The notes beneath the pieces were generated by a model. That model was not told the DNA's origin. It was given only the letters and a program-made list of their open reading frames with translations, and ran no database searches. Shown here in pieces: positions 47,643-56,095 of a stretch of DNA of 64,000 nt. Origin of the DNA: Chloroflexota bacterium (lineage in GTDB: Bacteria > Chloroflexota > Limnocylindria > Limnocylindrales > CSP1-4); NCBI GenBank assembly GCA_003141455.1, contig PLMA01000026.1, positions 10,701 to 74,700 on the forward strand, read 5' to 3'. Position numbers and translations under genes: made by a program. How positions within the stretch are numbered: position 1 is the first letter of the stretch; each line of letters opens with the position of its first letter.

Positions 47643-48104
47643 ACCGCTCCCCACCTTGGGAGTCGGCATAGTGGGCCCCGAGGAAGAATCGCTTCGGGCC
47701 GGACGGCGGCGCGATGCCAATCGCTGCCATGCCCATGGCTCCGGATAGCCGACGCCCTCCCGGAGGGAGATCGGGAGGGCGTCCAGGGAGCGGGGGAGAG
47801 TTCTTGGTTGTGGCCGGAGGGTCTTCTGAGGCTTGGGACGCGGCGCGGAGGAGGGAGCGGCCGCGTCCCTTGGCAGCATTTGTCGCATCCGTTCCTGAGG
47901 CAATCCTGAAATCAGAGTGCCTGGACCGATCCGTGGGCGGTCCCTACCGACCGAGAGCTCCGGAGAGACTTGAAGGGGAGGGATCGCGAACGGCAGGAGC
48001 GCGGCCCGAGACCTCCGCCGTCCCGCCGCCAGAAGCAGCCCAACCTGCCCGCGTTTCGCTTATCGTTTGCGGGTTGCTCCCCACCCCGCTTCAAGGAGCG
48101 TCTC

Positions 48105-49310
48105 GTGGCTCTTCCACTCCGGTCTCTGGCGCCCGCTCCGCCGGATCCGATCCTTGGTCTGACCGAGGCCTTCCGCGCCGACACACGCGCCGAGAAGGTC
48201 AACCTGGCGGTTGGCGTCTACGTCGACGACACCGGCGTGACGCCGGTCATCCCGTCCGTGCTCGAGGCGGAGCGCCGCCTCGTCGCGAAGGCCGGCTCGA
48301 AGGGCTACCTCCCGATCGACGGCCGGCCTGGATTCAAGAACGCGGTTCGAGATATGGTCTTTGCGCCGGACCATGAGATCGTGCGCAGCGGCCGGTCGGC
48401 GACGGCCCAGACGCCCGGCGGAACGGGTGCGCTGCGAGTCGCCGCCGACTTCTTGCTCCAGACCGGATCCTCGAAGACCATCTGGCTGAGCGAGCCGACA
48501 TGGCCGAATCACCCGCAGCTGTTCACCCTGGCGGGGTTCGCCCTCCGGACCTACCCCTACCTGGACGATTCGGGGCGGCAGGTGGACGTGGACAGGATGC
48601 TTGGCGCGCTCCGCTCGGCCGCCCCGGGCGACGTGCTCCTGCTCCACGGCTCGTGCCACAACCCCAGCGGCGTGGATCCGGACCAGGAGACATGGGCCGC
48701 CATCGGGGAGGTGGTGATCGAGCGCGAGTTGCTGCCGATAGTGGACTTCGCGTACCAGGGATTCGGTTTTGGGCTCCGCGAGGACGCCGACTGGCTGACC
48801 GGCCTGGCCCGGCCGGGACTCGAATTCCTGGTGTGCACGAGCTACTCCAAGAACTTCGCCCTGTACAACGAGCGCGTGGGCGCCCTCACGATCGTCGCAG
48901 CCGACTCGGGCCGGGCGGCCGCCGCGCTGAGCCACGTCAAGATCGCCATCCGCTCCAACTACTCGAACCCACCCGCCCACGGCGGCGACATCGTCGAGAC
49001 GATTCTCACGGACCCTGCCTTGCGGGCGCACTGGGAGGCGGACCTGGCCGAGATGCGTAACCGCATCCTGGGCAACCGCGCAGCTCTCGTGGAAGCGTTG
49101 GTCGCCGCGGACGTGCCCGGCAACTGGGATCCAATCCGGCGTCAGCGGGGCATGTTCGCGCTGCTCGGGCTGTCCGCCGATCAGGTGGCGCGGTTGCGCG
49201 ACGAGTTCGGCATATACGTCGTGGGGCGCGGCCGCATCAACGTGGCCGGCCTCACCACGGCCAACCTGCCGCGCGTGGTCCGGGCGGTGAAGGCCGTCAT
49301 CGAGGGCTAG
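48105..49310 (+). CDS. aspC: Aspartate/aromatic aminotransferase (AspC/TyrB type)
   Basis: SD AAGGAG; 'APPDPILGL', 'KVNLAVGVY', 'QTPGGTGAL', 'HNPSG', 'DFAYQGF', 'SYSKNFALYNERVG', 'GRINVAG'. Confidence 0.92.
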   Translation: MALPLRSLAPAPPDPILGLTEAFRADTRAEKVNLAVGVYVDDTGVTPVIPSVLEAERRLVAKAGSKGYLPIDGRPGFKNAVRDMVFAPDHEIVRSGRSATAQTPGGTGALRVAADFLLQTGSSKTIWLSEPTWPNHPQLFTLAGFALRTYPYLDDSGRQVDVDRMLGALRSAAPGDVLLLHGSCHNPSGVDPDQETWAAIGEVVIERELLPIVDFAYQGFGFGLREDADWLTGLARPGLEFLVCTSYSKNFALYNERVGALTIVAADSGRAAAALSHVKIAIRSNYSNPPAHGGDIVETILTDPALRAHWEADLAEMRNRILGNRAALVEALVAADVPGNWDPIRRQRGMFALLGLSADQVARLRDEFGIYVVGRGRINVAGLTTANLPRVVRAVKAVIEG

Positions 49311-49313
49311 CCA

Positions 49314-49378
49314 GGGTTCGGCGGACCGCGAGGCTCGCTGGACCGCCTGCCTCGGCGGACCTCGGGGTTCGGCGGACC
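49314..49378. repeat. Short REP-like intergenic repeats GGGTTCGGCGGACC
   Basis: Exact copies at 49314-49327 and 49365-49378, partial TCGGCGGACC at 49352-49361. Confidence 0.6.
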
Positions 49379-49502
49379 TGTTGGGCCGCGCCATCCCCTC
49401 CGACAGGCGGCCCCGGTGGAGTCCGCGCCGGACCTCGGAACTCGCTGCCCCGGAGCGGCGTCTAGGATGTGTCAATCGCAACCACTACGCGATGGGGATC
49501 CG

Positions 49503-50399
49503 ATGAACACTTCCGCGGCTCATTTACCGCTCCCGGTCGCTCGCTTCGCGGGCGCCCTGGCCCTCTCCTTCCTGGTTGCGGCGTGCACGGCCGCCGGTGC
49601 GACGAACCCGCCGGGCGTCCCGTCCTCGTCCGCCGCCGATGGTTCCCCCGCGCCCGGGTCATCGGCGAGTGGCTTCTACCTCCGAGCGTCGCAAACCCAG
49701 GCCCTGGCGCCGCAGTACACGTTCGGCTGGTTGCCGGTCGCCACGATCGCCGACGGCAAGTTCTACGACGGCATGATCGCCGTCCCGTCGATCTATCCCG
49801 GCCCGCTGTACGTCGGACTGTCGTACCAGACGATCAGCTCCAAGGGGATCGACGAGATCGTCGCCGAGGCGCGCAGCGACGGACTGCTCGGGACGAAGAC
49901 CGATTTCGTGGAGCAGCCGATGCCCGGGTCACCGACCTGCCACGTCCAGCTGATCGTGGACGGCGTGACGCACGACCTGACCGGCCAATGCGGTTCCACT
50001 GGCGCCCAAAACGCGGCCGCGTCCGGGAGCTCGGGCGCGTTTGCCGCCTTCTGGAACAAGCTGACGAGCCTCTCGGCCTGGCTCGGGCTGGAGCTCGGAT
50101 CCAGCGTCGCGTATGTGCCCTCGAGACTCGCCGTACTCGTCACGCCGCCCGTGGTGATGCAGGACGGCTCGATCGCACCCAACCAGAAGCCGTGGCCCCT
50201 CGCCGCGTCGTTCGCCTCGTTCGGCTCGCCGACGGGCTCGGCCGACGTTCGATGCGCGGTCCTGTCGGGTGCGGACCTGGCCACGCTCCTGCCGGCCATC
50301 CAGGCAGGCAACCAGCTGACCCGCTTCGTGGACGGCCAGTCGGTGGAGAGGTCGCTTCAGGCCCGAGTTCTGTTGCCGGGTGAGGCCGATCCCTGCTGA
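49503..50399 (+). CDS. Hypothetical lipoprotein
   Basis: Lipobox 'LVAAC'; TAGGAT -10 at about 49463; conserved-looking 'PSIYPGP' domain; four further Cys. Confidence 0.7.
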   Translation: MNTSAAHLPLPVARFAGALALSFLVAACTAAGATNPPGVPSSSAADGSPAPGSSASGFYLRASQTQALAPQYTFGWLPVATIADGKFYDGMIAVPSIYPGPLYVGLSYQTISSKGIDEIVAEARSDGLLGTKTDFVEQPMPGSPTCHVQLIVDGVTHDLTGQCGSTGAQNAAASGSSGAFAAFWNKLTSLSAWLGLELGSSVAYVPSRLAVLVTPPVVMQDGSIAPNQKPWPLAASFASFGSPTGSADVRCAVLSGADLATLLPAIQAGNQLTRFVDGQSVERSLQARVLLPGEADPC

Positions 50400-50468
50400 T
50401 CGCAGGGCCACGACAAGGGGGCCGAACGGCTGTTGCGGCCTCGCTCCGGCGGGTCGATGCTGCGCCTT

Positions 50469-52217
50469 ATGAGACAGCTTCCTCGGTCGGTCAAGGACCT
50501 CCGCCCGACCGGTGTCGTCCACACCCCATTCCGCGGCGCCGAGCTCCTCGAGCGCCCCCTGCTGAACAAGGACACGGGCTTCGACGAAGAAGAGCGAGAC
50601 GTCTTCGGACTGCGAGGGTTGCTCCCGCCGAGAACGGCGGCGATCACGGAGCAGGTGCACCTGGAGCTCGAGCACATCCGCCGCAAGAGCGACGACCTCG
50701 AGCGCTACATCGGCCTCGCGGCGCTGCAGGACCGGAACGAGACCCTCTTTTATCGGGTCCTCCTCGAGAACCTCGAGGAGTTCCTGCCGATCGTCTACAC
50801 CCCGACCGTGGGTCGTGCCTGCCAAACCTTCAGCCACATCATGCGCCGGCCGCGCGGGCTGTGGATCACTCCGGCCGACATCGACCGGATCCCCGATCTG
50901 CTGCGAAACGCCCGGCCGGACGCGACCGGCTCGGGCGCGGCCGCGGAGGACGTGCGCCTGATCGTGGCCACGGACAACGAGCGCATCCTCGGCCTCGGCG
51001 ACCAGGGCGCCGGCGGCATGGGCATCCCCGTCGGGAAGCTGGCCCTGTACACCGCGGGGGCGGGCATCTACCCGGCTCACACGCTGCCCGTGTCGCTGGA
51101 TGTTGGCACTGACAACGCGGATCTGCTGGCCGATCCGCTCTACATCGGGTACCGCCAGCGGCGGCTCCGCGGAGCGGAGTACGACGATTTCCTCGAGGCG
51201 TTCGTGGGTGCCATCCTGGACGTGTACCCACGCGCCATCCTGCAGTGGGAAGACTTCAAGCAGCACAACGCCATCAAGATCCTGGACCGCTACCGCCACA
51301 GGATCACCAGCTTCAACGACGACGTCCAGGGCACCGGCGCCGTAGTTCTGGCGGGGATTCTGGCCGCCGTTCGGGCTCTGGGCCGGCCGCTGGGCGAGCA
51401 GCGGTTCGTCTTCCTCGGAGCCGGGGCCGCCGGGATCGGCATCGCTCGCACGGTTCGGGCGGCCATGAACGCCGAGGGTCTGGACGCCGCATCTGTGAAG
51501 CGGGCCATCGTCGCCGTAGACACGAAGGGCCTCGTCTTCGCCGGCCGCGATGAGCTCGACGACGACAAGGTGGAGTTCGCGCTTGGGCCCGAGGAGCTGG
51601 CCGGTTACGGCCTGGCCGGTCTGGAGCCGGGCGACCGGCGGGGCCTGGAGGCAGTGGTGGCCGCGGTCAAGCCGACGATGCTGGTAGGCACCAGCGGCGT
51701 GGCCGGCGCCTTCACGGAGAAGGCGATCCGCGAGATGGCCGCTCACGCCGAGCGACCGGTCATCTTCCCGCTCTCCAATCCCACGGCCAGGACGGAGGCC
51801 GTTCCTGCCGACATCATGGCCTGGACCGGCGGCCGTGCTCTGATCGCCACCGGCAGTCCCTTCGAGCCGGTCACGGTCGACGGAAAGACCCACGTCATCG
51901 GCCAGGCCAACAACGTCTTCATCTTCCCGGGGGTTGGCCTGGGGGCGATCGTGGCCGAGGCCCACGAGATAACCGACGAGATGTTCCTGCTCGCCGCGCG
52001 AACGCTCGCTGAGATGGTCTCGCCGGAACGCCTCGCCGCCGGCGCTCTGTATCCGGCTGTCTCGGAGCTGCGCGAGGTCTCCCGGCAGATCGCAGAGAAG
52101 GTGGTCTGCCAGAGCCGCGACTGCGGCGTCGGCCGGCTCTACCGCGACGAAGAGGTCCTCGACGCTGTCGAATCCGCGATGTGGTATCCGGACTATCTGC
52201 CGTACCGCCCGGTCTGA
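50469..52217 (+). CDS. maeA: NAD-dependent malic enzyme (SfcA/MaeA type)
   Basis: 'LLNKDTGF', 'RNETLFY', 'YTPTVG.AC', 'ERILGLGD.G..GMGIPVGK', 'QWEDF', 'FNDD.QGT', 'LSNPT', 'QANN..IFPG'. Confidence 0.95.
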   Translation: MRQLPRSVKDLRPTGVVHTPFRGAELLERPLLNKDTGFDEEERDVFGLRGLLPPRTAAITEQVHLELEHIRRKSDDLERYIGLAALQDRNETLFYRVLLENLEEFLPIVYTPTVGRACQTFSHIMRRPRGLWITPADIDRIPDLLRNARPDATGSGAAAEDVRLIVATDNERILGLGDQGAGGMGIPVGKLALYTAGAGIYPAHTLPVSLDVGTDNADLLADPLYIGYRQRRLRGAEYDDFLEAFVGAILDVYPRAILQWEDFKQHNAIKILDRYRHRITSFNDDVQGTGAVVLAGILAAVRALGRPLGEQRFVFLGAGAAGIGIARTVRAAMNAEGLDAASVKRAIVAVDTKGLVFAGRDELDDDKVEFALGPEELAGYGLAGLEPGDRRGLEAVVAAVKPTMLVGTSGVAGAFTEKAIREMAAHAERPVIFPLSNPTARTEAVPADIMAWTGGRALIATGSPFEPVTVDGKTHVIGQANNVFIFPGVGLGAIVAEAHEITDEMFLLAARTLAEMVSPERLAAGALYPAVSELREVSRQIAEKVVCQSRDCGVGRLYRDEEVLDAVESAMWYPDYLPYRPV

Positions 52218-52434
52218 CAGAAGAGCCGGGCGTTGCGCCCTTGCACCACCTGGCTAGGGCCCCCAGGACCTTCGGTTGGTGCACTAATAGCCCCAAAGGG
52301 ATCAAGTTGCACCGCAGCGGCACCGAAACCTTGGACAGAACCTGACCTGAGCGGTCCTGGTTGGCCCAAGTCCGCGCGGATGGCTCGGCTTGGCGGTTTG
52401 GAAATCAGGCCGGCGGGCCCAAGGAGTTCTTGTA

Positions 52435-52995
52435 ATGGCCGTAGGCACATTCGATCCGTTGTCAGGGACGACCGGGATAGTCGTCACCCGCAGGAAGCCC
52501 GGCCACTTTGTGGCGCTTACCGAGGACGGCCGAATCGACGCAATGCTCGCCCAGGGCGGTGTCAAGCTCGCGAATGCCCTGGAGAAGCGCGCCGCGATCA
52601 GCGTGAGCAACGCGCAGCAGGCTCCGAACGACCTCTCCGCGCCTCTCGCGCCCGCAAACGGCGTCAGGAGCGTCGACCCGTACGACATCACGATCGCGAT
52701 GCCCGCCGAGGATGGCGAGCCGGTCGTCTCCGAGGCAGATCGGGATGCCTGGAGCAGGTTCCGAGTCGCCTTCGACGTAACGCTCGAAGCCACTCCGTTC
52801 ACGATCTCAGGCGTGCTGCTGCTGCTCCCGTCACAGGACCCGATGTCGCTGACCGAGCGCGGAACCGAGTTGTTCCTGCCCGTCTTCAGCCCAACGGTGG
52901 AAGTCGGCAACACGATCCTTCGCGACACCCCGCGCGACGCGATCCTGGTCAACCGATCGCACCTTCGCCGGGTCAAGGCCAGCATGCGGTTCTAG
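52435..52995 (+). CDS. Tandem DUF6812-like hypothetical protein (paralog 3)
   Basis: SD AAGGAG; second module 'VTLEATPFTISGVL...LFLPVFSPTV...AILVNRSHL'. Confidence 0.6.
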   Translation: MAVGTFDPLSGTTGIVVTRRKPGHFVALTEDGRIDAMLAQGGVKLANALEKRAAISVSNAQQAPNDLSAPLAPANGVRSVDPYDITIAMPAEDGEPVVSEADRDAWSRFRVAFDVTLEATPFTISGVLLLLPSQDPMSLTERGTELFLPVFSPTVEVGNTILRDTPRDAILVNRSHLRRVKASMRF

Positions 52996-53353
52996 CTGCA
53001 AGTTCGGAAGACATCCCCGAGCCCCGGGGCGGGCATTCCAGGACGGGATCGAATCTCACCTACTGACGGCGCGACTACGGCCAGTCGCGCCGTCTGTTTG
53101 CGCGTAGCCCACGCGCTGCGCAATCGCCCCGCCACGGACGGGCGAATCCCGAACCGAGGGCCGCCACCGGCAAGATCGACGCCAGGTGAGAGAATGCCCG
53201 AAACCGCTCCCACGTGAGCAGCGTTCGGTCGATTCGCACGGTCGCCTTGATCCAGCCGGCGATCGGTCTCCGAGAACGCTGCTCAGCGGGCGTGCAAGTA
53301 GCCGCCCGCCCGGGAGCCACTTGCTGCGTAGCCGGTCACCCGGAGAGGTCGAG

Positions 53354-54472
53354 ATGATTGTTGGCGTGCCCCGCGAGATCAAGGACAACGAGTTCCGGGT
53401 AGGCCTCACGCCGAGCGCCGTCCGCGAGCTCGTCGAGCACGGTCACAAGGTGGTCGTCGAGTCGGGCGCCGGAGCGGCGATAGATCTCGACGACAACTAC
53501 TACCGGGCCGTCGGCGCCGAGATCGTCCCGGATTCCGCGGCGGTTTTCGGCCGAGCCGAGCTCGTCGTGAAGGTCAAGGAACCGCAGCCGGCGGAGATCG
53601 GCCTGCTGCGCGAGGGCCAGGTTCTCTTCACATACCTCCACCTCGCGCCGGACGCAGCCCAGACGGCGGGGATCCTGCGATCCGGTTGCATCGCCGTGGC
53701 GTACGAGACGGTCACAGACGAGCGTGGCGGCCTGCCACTGCTGGCCCCGATGAGCGAGGTGGCCGGACGGATGTCGATCCAGGCCGGAGCTCACGCCCTC
53801 GAGCGCGAGGCCGGGGGTCGAGGCGTCCTGCTCGGCGGCGTCCCCGGCGTCCCGCCGGCAAAGGTCGTGGTGCTGGGCGGCGGCGTGGTGGGCATGAATG
53901 CCCTGCGCATGGCCCTCGGGCTCGAGGCGGACGTCACCGTCCTGGACAAGTCGCTGCCCCGCCTCAAGGAGCTCGACCTGGCCTTCGCCCCGGCTCTAAA
54001 GACGCGCTACGCCACGATCGACGCAGTCGAGGAGAGCGTCCTGACGGCGGACCTGGTCATCGGCGCCGTTCTCACGCCGGGGGGAACCGCCCCTCGACTC
54101 GTAACCCGCGAGATGATTCGCAGCATGCGCCGTGGAACCGTCGTGGTGGACGTGTCGATCGACCAGGGCGGCTGCTTCGAGACGTCTCGACCCACGACTC
54201 ACTCCAATCCCACATTCGTGGTCGACGGTGTCGTCCACTACTGCGTCACGAACATGCCCGGCGCCGTGGCCCGAACCTCGACCTTCGCCCTCAACAACGC
54301 CACGTTGCCCTTCACCCTGGCGCTCGCCGATAAGGGCGTTCGAAAGGCCATGGCGGATGACTGCCATCTCCTGGACGGACTGAACGTCTGCCGTGGCCAC
54401 GTAACCCATCGGGCCGTGGCCGAGGCGCACGGGCTGGAGTTCGTGCCGCCCGAGCAGGCGCTCGCTTTCTAG
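53354..54472 (+). CDS. ald: Alanine dehydrogenase
   Basis: '[13 protein letters not shown]', 'VKVKEP', 'FTYLHLA', 'PMSEVAGR', 'GGGVVG', '[10 protein letters not shown]', 'NMPGAV'. Confidence 0.96.
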   Translation: MIVGVPREIKDNEFRVGLTPSAVRELVEHGHKVVVESGAGAAIDLDDNYYRAVGAEIVPDSAAVFGRAELVVKVKEPQPAEIGLLREGQVLFTYLHLAPDAAQTAGILRSGCIAVAYETVTDERGGLPLLAPMSEVAGRMSIQAGAHALEREAGGRGVLLGGVPGVPPAKVVVLGGGVVGMNALRMALGLEADVTVLDKSLPRLKELDLAFAPALKTRYATIDAVEESVLTADLVIGAVLTPGGTAPRLVTREMIRSMRRGTVVVDVSIDQGGCFETSRPTTHSNPTFVVDGVVHYCVTNMPGAVARTSTFALNNATLPFTLALADKGVRKAMADDCHLLDGLNVCRGHVTHRAVAEAHGLEFVPPEQALAF

Positions 54473-54531
54473 GCAGCAGCGGCCGGCCGCCAGCGGCAGC
54501 CGTACCGAGGTCGTCGGCAGGAGGAGATCGG

Positions 54532-55233
54532 TTGCGGTTCGACATATACCTGGAATCGGGGCCGCAGCACCGCAAGACATGGGTCTTCGTGCCGAGCCTG
54601 CCCGGTTGCGTCGCCGTGGGCCCTACCAGCGAAGCCGCGATCGAGATCGCACGAACCGCGATTGGAGAGCGGCTCGACTTCCTCAGCCGCCACGGTGAGA
54701 CGATCGCCGGGGCGGAGACGATCGACGTCGTCGTCGCGGAGCACGTCATAGAGCGAGACTTCCTGGGCTATGCCCAGCAGTTCTTCCCGCCGGACGCCGA
54801 GCCCTTGACGGAGGACGAGGCCCGCCGCCAGCTGCGCTGGGCTGCCTGGTCGCGCGAGGAGCTCGTGGCGGCGGCCCAGGCGCAACCCGAGCCACTGACC
54901 GTCAAGCCGGCCGCGGGCGGGAGATCGGCCGCGGCGATCATCTCGCACGTCGCCGGGGCGGAGTGGGCCTACATCAGCTCCACGCTAGGTACCTTACGCG
55001 GCGGCAGCGCGGCGATCGCCGCGATCGAAAGAGCGGGAGAGCAGCCGTGGGAGGCGCTCGCCGCCGAGCGCCCGGCCCTCATAGGGCGCCTCGATGCCAT
55101 GACACCTGAAGAGCTGAGCCGAGTGGTCGAACGCAAAGGCAGGCCCCACTGGACCGCCCGTCGAATGCTGCGCCGTATGCTCGAGCACGAATCGGAGCAC
55201 GTGGAGGAGCTGCGGTCGCGACTGCCGACTTGA
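54532..55233 (+). CDS. HicB-like N-terminal domain fused to DinB-like domain
   Basis: SD AGGAG before TTG; 'FVPSLPGCVAVGPT.EAA' (HicB-like); 'IISHVAGAE..Y' and 'WTARRMLRRMLEHE.EH' (DinB). Confidence 0.65.
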   Translation: MRFDIYLESGPQHRKTWVFVPSLPGCVAVGPTSEAAIEIARTAIGERLDFLSRHGETIAGAETIDVVVAEHVIERDFLGYAQQFFPPDAEPLTEDEARRQLRWAAWSREELVAAAQAQPEPLTVKPAAGGRSAAAIISHVAGAEWAYISSTLGTLRGGSAAIAAIERAGEQPWEALAAERPALIGRLDAMTPEELSRVVERKGRPHWTARRMLRRMLEHESEHVEELRSRLPT

Positions 55234-55265
55234 GTCGCCGGGCGCACGGTTGCCTCAGATACATA

Positions 55266-55290
55266 GAAGCCGGCGCGTCGCGCCGGCTTC
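55266..55290. terminator. Hairpin between convergent genes (likely bidirectional terminator)
   Basis: GAAGCCGGCGCG-T-CGCGCCGGCTTC perfect inverted repeat. Confidence 0.7.
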
Positions 55291-55309
55291 ACGATTCGTG
55301 ACGGGTCCG

Positions 55310-55795
55310 TCAGGCGCCGAGCACTACTCGGGCGATCTCCGGATCGATCTCCTCGGTGAGCAGAGCGCCCACTCGCTCGGCGGCTCGCTTTGCCAGCGGG
55401 TTGCCCATCGTGAAGCGATTGTTCGGAACCAAGAGGTCGAGATCCTCGAGCCGCGACTGGCTGAACCGGGCGCGATGACGCTGGCAGCAGTTGATGGTCA
55501 GGTCCTGCTCGTCCTCGATTCCGTGCCCGGTGATGTAGTAATTGCCAATCCGGGCTACGACCTCTACCGGGCCGGTGCCGTTGGCGTAGAAGCCCAAGGG
55601 ATGGACGGCGGTGGGGCCGAGCCAGGCGACGAGGGCGTCGACTAGGACGGCCGATGCCTTGACCTCGTGCCACCCCTCGCCTCGCACGATCTGGGCAACG
55701 GAGCGGCCGATCTCGGCCGCTTCCTCGGAAACGAGGACGGCAAGGAGGTCGCGGTTGAGCGAGGCGACGGCCCGGCTCGGGCCTTTTGTGCTCAT
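55310..55795 (-). CDS. Hypothetical protein
   Basis: Globular-looking 161-aa ORF ending at the convergent hairpin; TATGCT -10 at 56017-56012. Confidence 0.55.
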   Translation of the reverse strand: MSTKGPSRAVASLNRDLLAVLVSEEAAEIGRSVAQIVRGEGWHEVKASAVLVDALVAWLGPTAVHPLGFYANGTGPVEVVARIGNYYITGHGIEDEQDLTINCCQRHRARFSQSRLEDLDLLVPNNRFTMGNPLAKRAAERVGALLTEEIDPEIARVVLGA

Positions 55796-56095
55796 AACAC
55801 TCTGCTGACGGTCAGGTTGATCCACTGTAGCGCTCGTGATTCCAGTCGTGTGCGCGTACACGATAGACGAGCCATTCTGGTCGTCAAGTACAGCCTTCCG
55901 GCCCGCTCGGTCAGTACTTTCGGCTGCACGAGAGTGGACCCCGTGACCGGACGACCCAGTTGCCCGCCGTTACCCCGGCGTGCATGACGCCAAATTGAGC
56001 AGGCTACTTCAAGCATACCGCGCCGGTGCCGTAGCGCAACGCCTCGGGACACACACGATGCGCTAATGGCAGGATCCGGGCGCCAGTTCGCCGGA

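Noticed and set aside
6181-55829. Shared TAC(C)AGTGG word in three structured intergenic regions (6181, 26243, reverse strand at 55822)
   Set aside because: Only 6-8 nt of identity with no further alignment; not enough to call a repeat family.
55895-55905. SRP RNA (minus-strand CCGGAAGG tetraloop)
   Set aside because: The flanking CAGG/AGCA symmetric internal loop of SRP helix 8 is absent.
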